DNA of 64,000 nucleotides from a virus (taxonomy: Duplodnaviria > Caudoviricetes). Both the position numbers and the translations under genes were made by a program. Below, one piece after another: positions 37,537-46,521 of the stretch (positions are counted from its first letter, which is position 1; every line of letters starts with the position of its first letter). The notes below the pieces were generated by a model that was not told where the DNA came from, did no database searches, and worked only from the letters and a program-made list of their open reading frames with translations. The stretch is from the IMG/VR virus record IMGVR_UViG_3300020577_010124, positions 1 to 64,000 of that record; one strand, given 5' to 3'.

Positions 37537-39381
37537 ATGCCCTTTTCAGTACGAGTCCCCGACTCTCTTACGGAACAATCAGACGTAAGTATTTTGTCCC
37601 CAACAGAGGGGCAAGGTTTGATATTTAATCAAACAACTGGCAAATGGGAAAATAGAATTGTAGCAGGAACGTCAGGCTATAGCGGCTACTCTGGATCAAG
37701 TGGTTTTTCTGGTTACAGCGGCAATTCAGGATATTCAGGTTACATTGGCATATCTGGTTATTCTGGTTATTCTGGTAGATCTGGTTTCTCTGGCTACAGT
37801 TCAGTTTCAGGTTTTTCTGGTTATAGTTCAGCTTCAGGCTTTTCAGGATATATTGGTCAAAGTGGTTTTTCTGGCTATAGCGGTAGATCAGGTTTTAGCG
37901 GCTATTCTGGTATAGGAACCTCTGGGTTCAGTGGTTATAGCTCATTATCAGGATTTAGCGGTTATTCAAGTACAAGTGGATTTAGCGGTTATAGTTCAAC
38001 CTCTGGCTTCTCTGGTTATATAGGTCTATCAGGTTTCTCAGGTTACATAGGCCTATCAGGGTTCAGTGGTTATTCTTCTACAAGTGGTTTCTCTGGATAT
38101 TCTGGTCAGTCTGGATTTTCTGGCTATATTGGAATATCAGGATTTTCAGGCTATAGTTCCATAAGTGGTTTTAGCGGCTATTCAGGACAATCAGGATTTA
38201 GTGGTTACATTGGTGTTTCAGGATTTTCTGGCTATATTGGGACAAGCGGTTTCTCAGGCTACTCTTCGGTTTCTGGTTTTTCAGGATATAGTTCTCAATC
38301 AGGATTCTCGGGATACTCAGGTAAATCAGGTTTTTCTGGTTATTCAGGATTAACTGGTCTTTCTGGTTTTAGTGGTTATAGTTCTTTGTCAGGATTTAGT
38401 GGTTATTTAGGACAGTCAGGTTTCTCTGGATATTCAGGCGCAGGTTTCTCAGGTTTTTCTGGATACTCTTCAACATCTGGATTTAGTGGTTATAGTTCGA
38501 TTTCAGGATTTTCAGGATACTCTGGAATAATAGGTAGTTCAGGATTTTCTGGATATGTTGGAACTTCAGGGTTCTCGGGATACTCAGGTTTTAGTGGATT
38601 AGATGGTAATGATGGAGCATCAATAGTTTGGAAAGGCGACTATAATAATGGTTATGCTTATTACCATATTAATGATGCTGTTTACTATCAAGGTAATGCA
38701 TATATATGTATAGGAGGAAGCGGTCTTCAAGGCATTAATCCAACAGATACTAATTTTTGGGGCTTAATGGCGTTGGGTGGAGCGTCAGGTTTTAGTGGAT
38801 ATTCTGGAAGTACGGGAACAGATGGAGGTTCAGGATTCTCTGGATACTCTTCAACATCAGGTTTTAGTGGATATTCTGGTAAGTCAGGATTCTCTGGTTA
38901 TTCTGCATCATCAGGATTTTCAGGTTACTCAGGCGCTGGATTGAGTGGCTTTTCTGGATATTCCTCAGTAGGGTTGTCGGGTTTCTCAGGATATTCAGCA
39001 ACAGGATTAAGTGGATTTAGTGGCTATTCGGCAACAGGTCAATCAGGCTTCAGTGGATATTCAGGAGCAGGTTTGAGTGGATTCTCGGGTTATAGCTCAA
39101 CTTCTGGTTTTAGTGGTTATTCAAGCGTTGGATTGAGTGGTTTTTCTGGATATTCAGGCGGTACAGGTACTGATGGAAATTCGGGATTTAGCGGATATAT
39201 TGGATTTTCAGGTTTTAGTGGATATTCTGCGATAGGAAATTCAGGATTTTCAGGGTATAGCGGTATAGGAAACTCTGGTTTCTCAGGTTTCAGTTCTATA
39301 TCAGGTTTCAGTGGTTATTCGGGCGGAGGCGGCGGTGGAGTTAGTATGGCTTTTGTAATAGCTATGGCTACAGCTTTGTGA
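37537..39381 (+). CDS. Third SGFSGY-repeat fibre protein with carbohydrate-binding-like insert
   Basis: Anchor motif, repeats, WKGDYNNG..Y..NDAVYYQGNAYIC..W insert, C-terminal AFVIAMATAL. Confidence 0.7.
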   Translation: MPFSVRVPDSLTEQSDVSILSPTEGQGLIFNQTTGKWENRIVAGTSGYSGYSGSSGFSGYSGNSGYSGYIGISGYSGYSGRSGFSGYSSVSGFSGYSSASGFSGYIGQSGFSGYSGRSGFSGYSGIGTSGFSGYSSLSGFSGYSSTSGFSGYSSTSGFSGYIGLSGFSGYIGLSGFSGYSSTSGFSGYSGQSGFSGYIGISGFSGYSSISGFSGYSGQSGFSGYIGVSGFSGYIGTSGFSGYSSVSGFSGYSSQSGFSGYSGKSGFSGYSGLTGLSGFSGYSSLSGFSGYLGQSGFSGYSGAGFSGFSGYSSTSGFSGYSSISGFSGYSGIIGSSGFSGYVGTSGFSGYSGFSGLDGNDGASIVWKGDYNNGYAYYHINDAVYYQGNAYICIGGSGLQGINPTDTNFWGLMALGGASGFSGYSGSTGTDGGSGFSGYSSTSGFSGYSGKSGFSGYSASSGFSGYSGAGLSGFSGYSSVGLSGFSGYSATGLSGFSGYSATGQSGFSGYSGAGLSGFSGYSSTSGFSGYSSVGLSGFSGYSGGTGTDGNSGFSGYIGFSGFSGYSAIGNSGFSGYSGIGNSGFSGFSSISGFSGYSGGGGGGVSMAFVIAMATAL

Positions 39382-39388
39382 GGATTAT

Positions 39389-39982
39389 ATGAAGAGATTA
39401 TTAGGAACAGATGTTAGCGGCAGTTACGCTTTTAGTGCAGCAGGTAAGACCGTGACATTTTCTGGTTTATCTTACACTATAACTTTAGCTAATATTTTAC
39501 TCATAACAAATGTTACCGCTAATACTATCATTTATAATTTTGCAGATCCAACAAACGGGGCTGCTAGTTTCAATAATAACATATTGACATTGGATTATGA
39601 TACGACTTCAATGGCTGATGGAAATGTATTACAGATATATCTTGATCTTGAAAGCAATGAAGAGAGCTTGCATGCTTTGTTAAGAAGAATGAACAAGTTG
39701 CTTGAAAGCAATGCAGTAGTCGATAGCTCTTTAAGACAAAGAGTTGTTGTTGAAGCGGCTCCAACAACTGCTGTAACTTTAGCTTCGGCTCCAACAACTG
39801 CTGTTACAAATACTACTGGTTTTGGTACAGCATATACAATAAACACCCCAACAAGCCCTTATGGACAAGTTTCATCTAACGTATTGGCTGTTTACGAAGC
39901 CCCAGTAGATCAGCGTTGGAGAATTGTTGATGCGGCAAGAACGGCCTATGCAGTTGGAATTAGACAGAATTTGACGTTTTGA
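39389..39982 (+). CDS. Fibre-associated protein
   Basis: ILLITNVTANTIIYNFADP..LTLDYDTTSM...LQIY pattern; APTTAVT repeated twice. Confidence 0.55.
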   Translation: MKRLLGTDVSGSYAFSAAGKTVTFSGLSYTITLANILLITNVTANTIIYNFADPTNGAASFNNNILTLDYDTTSMADGNVLQIYLDLESNEESLHALLRRMNKLLESNAVVDSSLRQRVVVEAAPTTAVTLASAPTTAVTNTTGFGTAYTINTPTSPYGQVSSNVLAVYEAPVDQRWRIVDAARTAYAVGIRQNLTF

Positions 39983-40000
39983 TTTTGGAGAATACATTAG

Positions 40001-42847
40001 ATGGCACTTACAAATAAGCTACAAAAAATCGTTGACCTTCCAGTATTTGAATGGTTGAGGTTTGCTCCTACGGCAACAGCAGCCCCGTCTGGTCTTTGTG
40101 CAACAGACGATCTTGGCGGAAGGTTTATGTATTACTTAGTAGCCTCAACTTTTTATAGATATGATCTTTACTCAGATTCATGGCAAGTTTTGGCTCCACC
40201 GAATACGGCTCCTGCTACTTTGATGACAATGAAATATAGCAAGTATTCTGGATATAGAGGACAAGCCATTGCAGGTGGCGCTTCTACGATAACATTAGCA
40301 GGTCTACGGAATAACTTACTTGTTGGACGGACTATTAAGATACTTACTGGAACTGGTGCTGGACAATCAAGAACAATATCATCAATTGCTGAAGCTGTTA
40401 TTGCTGATTTTGGCGTTGTTACTTCAGCCGCAGTCGCAAGCATTGGTGATTCAACAAAGAGATGGAGAATTAATCAATGGGAAGGCTATCAAGTTAGACT
40501 TGTTTATAGTACAGGCCAAACTCAGATAAGAAAAATTCTCTATAATGACACGACTACTTTGTACTTTAATGATACAAACTATCAAGCAATAGATTCATTT
40601 AATAATACTGGTTTCTCGGTAGTCGCTCCTTATGCTGCTCCTATTACAACCGCTGGTTCTCAGACTCACTATGTTATTGAATCTTCTGTTGCAACTGTAA
40701 ACTCTGCTTGGGATACTCAACCTGACAATACTTCTAAGTACCTCATTCAGAGCGGCGGCATTTTTATGTTTTCTTCCGCCGCAGGCGCTCCATTTTCTTC
40801 TTTCCAATGGTACGACATTTTAGCTGATACATGGTATTCAAGAACCGCCATCGGCGGACTTCTTTTGGCTGCCTTTGGTACAGATGCAGCGTTGGATAGA
40901 ACTGGTGAAGTTGGCGGAGCTTTCTTGTCAGGAACATCTTCTGATACTGGTACTGCAAGAACTCTTATTGATTCAACGCAAACAATGACATATGATAGAT
41001 ATGCAAACTACCAAATAAGAATTACAGGCGGAACTGGAATAGGTCAAAAGAGAAGAATAGTTGCAAATAATGATACAACATTTTGGATAGAACGAACTTG
41101 GGATGTAACTCCTGATAACACTTCAACATATTCAGTATATGGAGATACTGATAAGATATGGCTTATGGGAAATGGTAGCTCATGCATGTTTCAGTATTCT
41201 GTTGATTTAGATTCTTGGGCAAGTGGTCCAATTTCTGATGGTGGTGTATGTAGAAATATGTGCGCAACTCTAGTCGGGGGAAGTTCGATTCCTCCTGAAG
41301 AGGGCATAGCTATAACTTCGATTGTTAGAACAACAAGCGGTATAGCAAGCGGCGCAGTTAACGCTGCTGGAACAAACTATATTGTAGGAGATTTGGTTAC
41401 CTGTTCAACTACTGGTACCCTTGGCAGATTTTATGTTACTGCTGTAACAACAGGTGGAGCAGTAAGTTCATTGCAACTTGCGGCATCTGGATCTGGATAT
41501 TCTAACGGTTCTTCTGCAACCACAGGCGGTACTGGATCTGGTTTAACAATAACTTTGACTGTTGGAACTACAGGCCTTGTAACAACGGCTATTAACCATA
41601 ATTTCCAGATAGGACAAACAGTTACTATATCAGGATGCGCTACAGATGTTACATGGAACGGAAACTTTACTATTACAGGAAGCGATGCTCTTACAACTTT
41701 CTCCGTTTCTGGATCGGGAACATCCGCCAGCCCTACAGCGGCAAACTCTCAATCAACTACTGTGATTGTTGATGCTTGTCAAAACTGGATAACAAATGAG
41801 CATGTAGGTAAAGTTGTAAACCTAAATACCGCAGGTGTTTCTCCTACTACTCAGTCAAGAAGAATTACTGCTAATACGGCAACAACGCTAACAGTGGCAA
41901 CTATCGTTGCAGGCGTTAACGGTACTTCAAGATATAACATACAGTCTATTCATGGATTTGGAGCCTATCAGACTAATAAGATTCCAGCAAGAGGCAACTC
42001 TGGCTGGGCAACCGCTGGTACGGGCACAACTCTTACAGATTCAACTAAGGCTTGGACTATTAACCAATGGCTTAACTGTAGAGTTAGAGTTATTTCTGGA
42101 ACTGGCGTTGGAAATGAAGCTGCAATTACGGCTAATAGTCCAACTGTTCTTACTGTTGCCTCATGGCCTAATGCAACTCCTGATACTACCTCTAAGTACG
42201 TAATTTTGGATTCATTTGGTATAGCGACTTCAGGTGCTTTGAATACAATCAATGATACTGCTAAGAACTGGACTACGAATATCCTAGCAGGTAAGAGAGT
42301 TAGAATTATTGCTGGAACAATAGCTGGCTCTGAAGCCGCTATTACGAGCAATACTGCTACAGCTATTACTACTACTATTGGTACTCCTGACGCTACATCT
42401 GCGTATGTCATATATGATCCTCCTGCTCGATCTACAGGAACTAGTTTGAACTGGTTATTTGGATTAAGTAATACTACCAACAAAGGTAAATGGATTATTT
42501 CCTCAAGAGGCGGCGGTTCAAATGCGTTTGATATTTATGATATAACAACAAACCGTTGGGATATCACGCCGTTCTTTGATACGCAGACTGAAACGCAATC
42601 AACAGGAAGCATGTATACATATGACGGCGCAGATACTTTGTATTTTACGAGAGACAATACAGGTCGTATATTTGCTTTGAGCTTGGAGAACTTTACGATA
42701 GTTCCATGCGCTACAACTCCATATGCTCAAGGTACGGCTATTATTGGAAATAGAATGGAAGTTATAGAAACCGAGGACGGTTTGCAGTATATTTATGTTA
42801 TGAGACATTCGGGACAGGAATTCTGGCGAACTCTCAAATTTTGGTAA
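40001..42847 (+). CDS. Large Thr-rich virion protein: kelch-like propeller blades interrupted by repeated beta-domains (putative adhesin)
   Basis: FYRYD..DSW, QWYD..DTW, DIYDI..NRW blades; about six DS(T).W..N...V.I..GTG.G...I..N....PD.TS.Y repeats. Confidence 0.55.
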   Translation: MALTNKLQKIVDLPVFEWLRFAPTATAAPSGLCATDDLGGRFMYYLVASTFYRYDLYSDSWQVLAPPNTAPATLMTMKYSKYSGYRGQAIAGGASTITLAGLRNNLLVGRTIKILTGTGAGQSRTISSIAEAVIADFGVVTSAAVASIGDSTKRWRINQWEGYQVRLVYSTGQTQIRKILYNDTTTLYFNDTNYQAIDSFNNTGFSVVAPYAAPITTAGSQTHYVIESSVATVNSAWDTQPDNTSKYLIQSGGIFMFSSAAGAPFSSFQWYDILADTWYSRTAIGGLLLAAFGTDAALDRTGEVGGAFLSGTSSDTGTARTLIDSTQTMTYDRYANYQIRITGGTGIGQKRRIVANNDTTFWIERTWDVTPDNTSTYSVYGDTDKIWLMGNGSSCMFQYSVDLDSWASGPISDGGVCRNMCATLVGGSSIPPEEGIAITSIVRTTSGIASGAVNAAGTNYIVGDLVTCSTTGTLGRFYVTAVTTGGAVSSLQLAASGSGYSNGSSATTGGTGSGLTITLTVGTTGLVTTAINHNFQIGQTVTISGCATDVTWNGNFTITGSDALTTFSVSGSGTSASPTAANSQSTTVIVDACQNWITNEHVGKVVNLNTAGVSPTTQSRRITANTATTLTVATIVAGVNGTSRYNIQSIHGFGAYQTNKIPARGNSGWATAGTGTTLTDSTKAWTINQWLNCRVRVISGTGVGNEAAITANSPTVLTVASWPNATPDTTSKYVILDSFGIATSGALNTINDTAKNWTTNILAGKRVRIIAGTIAGSEAAITSNTATAITTTIGTPDATSAYVIYDPPARSTGTSLNWLFGLSNTTNKGKWIISSRGGGSNAFDIYDITTNRWDITPFFDTQTETQSTGSMYTYDGADTLYFTRDNTGRIFALSLENFTIVPCATTPYAQGTAIIGNRMEVIETEDGLQYIYVMRHSGQEFWRTLKFW

Positions 42848-42859
42848 TGAGGATTAAAG

Positions 42860-43330
42860 ATGATTGTAGCAATTTATGCATATAATGAAAATGGGAAAGT
42901 ATATATATCAACAACACTTCCTCCAAATCTATCTGCGTTACCGACATTTGATTTGTATGTATCTATTCCTTGTCCTTATGTTTTTGTGGATGAGTTGATG
43001 TTCTCTTTACAGAACAATCCAAATCAGGACTATGTTTACCGACTATTGATAGACGTTCCGCTAGAAGTTATAGGTTCTTTTCCTATTGAAAATGGTAAAG
43101 TTGTTGCAAGTGTATGGCTATATCCTGAAGAATCGGGCAGTTTGAGTTTTTCTTTTACCCCAGTTGAAAGCAACAGCGTAAATACTGTTGTTGCAATTGA
43201 TCCTCCGCAACCTATTGATGTAAAAAAGCTGAAAGACTTTTCTGATATTTACTCAAACTCTGTCAAAAAACTTGGAACAGTTAACAAGATTTTGGCAATC
43301 AAAGTAATAATCAGAATAGCGGTTGGATAA
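42860..43330 (+). CDS. Hypothetical protein
   Basis: 156-aa ORF with RBS GAGG. Confidence 0.55.
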   Translation: MIVAIYAYNENGKVYISTTLPPNLSALPTFDLYVSIPCPYVFVDELMFSLQNNPNQDYVYRLLIDVPLEVIGSFPIENGKVVASVWLYPEESGSLSFSFTPVESNSVNTVVAIDPPQPIDVKKLKDFSDIYSNSVKKLGTVNKILAIKVIIRIAVG

Positions 43331-43365
43331 GAGGATTTATTGTCTATTTTCATAACAGGTGTACT

Positions 43366-43773
43366 ATGTCTTATTATACCCTTTCAACTTCTATCGCGCT
43401 AGGCACTAGTAAAACTGGATTGGTTTTAGCTGCTCAATTATTTGATACAAATGGAACTGATGTAGGAACACTTCTTACAGAAAAGTTTGTAGAAATTGGA
43501 CAAGGTAACTATCTTTGGACATATAGCTATTTCCCAGCAGGATTTAGAGGTGGTGTAAAGTTTTATAATCAAGCGGACCTTACAAAAGTTCTTGCTGCTA
43601 GCGCTATAAATCCTGAAGAAGCAGAGACTGTTAAGAATCTTGAAACAACAGTTAACTCTCCTAGACAAATATCCGTAACTGCTCCAACCATTTCTTCTGG
43701 AAACCTTACTATTACTCAAGCAAATTCTTCAGGGACATATAGTGGTATGAACTTGAAAACAGGTGTAAGATAA
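43366..43773 (+). CDS. Paralog of the N-domain of 21204..22193
   Basis: Clear visible sequence similarity over ~75 aa. Confidence 0.65.
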   Translation: MSYYTLSTSIALGTSKTGLVLAAQLFDTNGTDVGTLLTEKFVEIGQGNYLWTYSYFPAGFRGGVKFYNQADLTKVLAASAINPEEAETVKNLETTVNSPRQISVTAPTISSGNLTITQANSSGTYSGMNLKTGVR

Positions 43774-45056
43774 TGCAAAGAATCTATATTGAATATCAAA
43801 TATCTGGCGTTTATACCAATGCTTTCTCAGTAAAACTGGCTTCGGTTGACGGAACCTACGGTATCAAAAAGCAAGACGGTACAGTTATTGTAGCTAGTGG
43901 TACATCTGTATTAAATCCATCAACGGGTATTTATGAATACAGTTTTGAAGAAGATGAAAATATAACTTACACAGCTTCCTGGGAAATTGTTCCTATAGAG
44001 GGAGATCTTCCTGTATACTCAACTCAAACAGTTGGTCCATTTTCGCTAACAACTTCCGTAAAAGCTGTTGCGGATATGCGAGGAGAGTTTGTTCAAGGAA
44101 CAACAGGAACTTTATTTCTAAGCCTTGCAGACATACATAGCAATCCTATTACTGCTAGCTCAATTACAGTATCTATATCAAATGCTTCAGATGTTGTTGT
44201 TACCGAGGTATCTCCTGATTTTATCAAGTCTGGTTTTTATGCTTTTGATTGGGATGTTCCGACAACAATCGACCCAGGAGCTTATACTGTTACGTGGAGT
44301 TATACGGCAGATGGAATAAATAGCGTAGAGCTTCAAAGCATTATTGTATCTGCTCCAGGAGATTCAACATATGCTATGTCTCAAATGTATGGGGCAAGAA
44401 TAAGCGATCTTAGAACAGCTTTGACTCAGATGATTTGTTGTGCGCAAAAGATCCCTGTTTATCATGAAGAGGGAATTCCTGATGCTGATAATGTAAAGTT
44501 CAAATTTACATTCCCTCAGTGGAATCAAGCTTATGGAACTCGAATATATAGAAATAACAAACTTGTTGAGAATGGAATTTCTATTAACTACTTTCGAGGA
44601 TATGTTGTATTTGATGAAGCGGTTTCTGATTTTGATGTTATTCATGCAGATTACAATTTCCGTTGGTTCTCTGACGAAGACCTAGACAGATTTTTGTCTA
44701 ACGCATTGCATGTTATCAATTCGTATCCTGCTCAAACGCATTTCGATCTGTTCTATCTTCCAGATAACTATATTGCTGCGTTGCTTTATGGAGCAGCAAA
44801 AGACGCAATCAGAGAGTTGCTTATGTGCTTGCAGTTTCAGCAGCCTCAGCAAGTATTTGGTGGTTCAGAAGCTGCGCAAAAAGCCTTCTCAAACATGGAA
44901 ACTCTTAAGAAGAACTACGAAGAAGAATTCGTTAGACTCCTTGAAATCAAGAAGTTTGGAAAGTATCCTCGAATCAAGACCGTTACAGTGCCTGAGTTCA
45001 CTTTGCCAGGCGGACGTTCAAGATGGTTCAGATATATGTTTGGCGGCGGCTCATAA
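43773..45056 (+). CDS. Putative neck/head-completion protein with Ig-like N-terminal domains
   Basis: Two Ig-like segments (TGIYEYSF..YTASW; SGFYAFDW..GAYTVTW), then helical FSDEDLDRFL..ALHVIN..LLYGA connector-like region. Confidence 0.45.
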   Translation: MQRIYIEYQISGVYTNAFSVKLASVDGTYGIKKQDGTVIVASGTSVLNPSTGIYEYSFEEDENITYTASWEIVPIEGDLPVYSTQTVGPFSLTTSVKAVADMRGEFVQGTTGTLFLSLADIHSNPITASSITVSISNASDVVVTEVSPDFIKSGFYAFDWDVPTTIDPGAYTVTWSYTADGINSVELQSIIVSAPGDSTYAMSQMYGARISDLRTALTQMICCAQKIPVYHEEGIPDADNVKFKFTFPQWNQAYGTRIYRNNKLVENGISINYFRGYVVFDEAVSDFDVIHADYNFRWFSDEDLDRFLSNALHVINSYPAQTHFDLFYLPDNYIAALLYGAAKDAIRELLMCLQFQQPQQVFGGSEAAQKAFSNMETLKKNYEEEFVRLLEIKKFGKYPRIKTVTVPEFTLPGGRSRWFRYMFGGGS

Positions 45057-45073
45057 TAGCCGACAATATTGGT

Positions 45074-45451
45074 ATGGAAAACAAAAGCAAACCTACATCA
45101 AAAGAAATGCTCGAAAAGATGCGTAAGCTTGGCATAGACAAAGAGGTTGAATTCTACTTTGTTCCTTCTCAAGAATTGAGAAATAGAATTGCAAGAGGCG
45201 GAGATCCTATTCTTGATCAGCTTCCAGAATCTGCCAAGAAGATTATACTTACTTGCCCGCCAGGCAAAGGCATATCTCAATATAACCAAATGGTCTTGAA
45301 ATACATTGAGGGAACTCTTGATAAAAGAAACTCATACGTATTCGATCTTGGCGAGATTCGTGTGCAAAATGCTAACGAACTTATGATAAAATGTCTTAAC
45401 AGATCTGTCAATAACGAAATCAAAGGACTTACTTATAAACCGACCGAATAA
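45074..45451 (+). CDS. Hypothetical protein
   Basis: Likely start ATG 45074, after the upstream stop. Confidence 0.55.
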   Translation: MENKSKPTSKEMLEKMRKLGIDKEVEFYFVPSQELRNRIARGGDPILDQLPESAKKIILTCPPGKGISQYNQMVLKYIEGTLDKRNSYVFDLGEIRVQNANELMIKCLNRSVNNEIKGLTYKPTE

Positions 45452-45504
45452 GAAGTGCTAGGCGTACTAGTTTTATTGAGTAATTCCGAGATACATGCGG
45501 TGAG

Positions 45505-45568
45505 AAACCTTCCTGATTGCGAGTCCAATGATAGACCCGCACCCTTATAAAAAGGGTTAGGAAGGTTT
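45505..45568 (+). ncRNA. Candidate structured cis-RNA (three-way junction) in the phoH leader
   Basis: P1 45505-16/45557-68 (12 bp), P2 45518-25/45534-41, P3 45542-46/45552-56. Confidence 0.5.
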
Positions 45569-45610
45569 TACACTTTAAGCATCCTCTATTTTTGTTTCAA
45601 AGGAGCGATA

Positions 45611-46426
45611 ATGGCAAGAAAATCAAAGCACAAGAAGGTCAACGATAGTTTTGTTATGGCCGAAAATAGCACTTCTAAATTGTTAGTTGCTGTCAGTGCA
45701 AGAAATGCTGGGCAGAAAAAAGCTCTTAAAGCTATTGCAGACAATCAAGTAACATTTCTATATGGAGCGCCAGGTACTGGCAAGACCCATTGTGCCGTAG
45801 GTTATGGTATTCAAGAAATGCTCAAGGGAACTTATGAGCGAGTCATTTTTACTAGACCCTATGTTGAAGCTGGTGAAAAGCTTGGATTTTTGCCAGGCGG
45901 ATTTGATAGTAAGTTTGCCCCTTTCGTTATGCCTCTATATGAAGTTGTTTCTGATTATCTTAGTCAAGATGAAATCAAAGCCATGATCGAAGATAAGCGA
46001 ATCATTGTCTATCCTCTTGCATATATGAGAGGAGCTACATTCAAAAAATCATTTATTGTTGCTGACGAAGTTCAGAACTCTACAATGCAACAGATGCGAA
46101 TGATGCTTACTCGTATCGGAGAAGGTACGAAGATTGTTTGCACGGGCGACGTAGAGCAGTCCGACCTTGGTTCAAGAGTAAATGGTTTGGCAGACGCTAT
46201 TGAGCGACTTCCTGGCGTTGAAAATCTAGAGTTTGTTGAGCTTGGTTATGATTCTTGCGTAAGAGAGAAGATTGTTTCTGATATTGACCGTAGATACAAG
46301 TCTAAGCCATTCCTTAGCGCTGACGATTTGGCTAAGATACAAGAAGAAAATCTTAAGAATAATGGTAAATATAGGTCTAATGCAGAAGAAGCTCTCGGAG
46401 ATAATGAGGGAGACGACTCAAACTGA
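45611..46426 (+). CDS. phoH: PhoH-family ATPase
   Basis: GAPGTGKT, RPYVEAGEKLGFLPG, LAYMRGATF, DEVQN, GDVEQSDL. Confidence 0.97.
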   Translation: MARKSKHKKVNDSFVMAENSTSKLLVAVSARNAGQKKALKAIADNQVTFLYGAPGTGKTHCAVGYGIQEMLKGTYERVIFTRPYVEAGEKLGFLPGGFDSKFAPFVMPLYEVVSDYLSQDEIKAMIEDKRIIVYPLAYMRGATFKKSFIVADEVQNSTMQQMRMMLTRIGEGTKIVCTGDVEQSDLGSRVNGLADAIERLPGVENLEFVELGYDSCVREKIVSDIDRRYKSKPFLSADDLAKIQEENLKNNGKYRSNAEEALGDNEGDDSN

Positions 46427-46521
46427 CGATTTAAGAAAAGGCGCATTAGCCTCTCATTCCTGCAAGTCTTGAAGGAGTGAGAGCTTTTGCGTTGGAAGAG
46501 GTAGATAAGGAGAACAAGGGA

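Noticed and set aside
8570-39330. CRISPR array or DNA tandem repeat element
   Set aside because: Repeats are in-frame coding units with synonymous variation and no unique spacers; no cas genes in the window.
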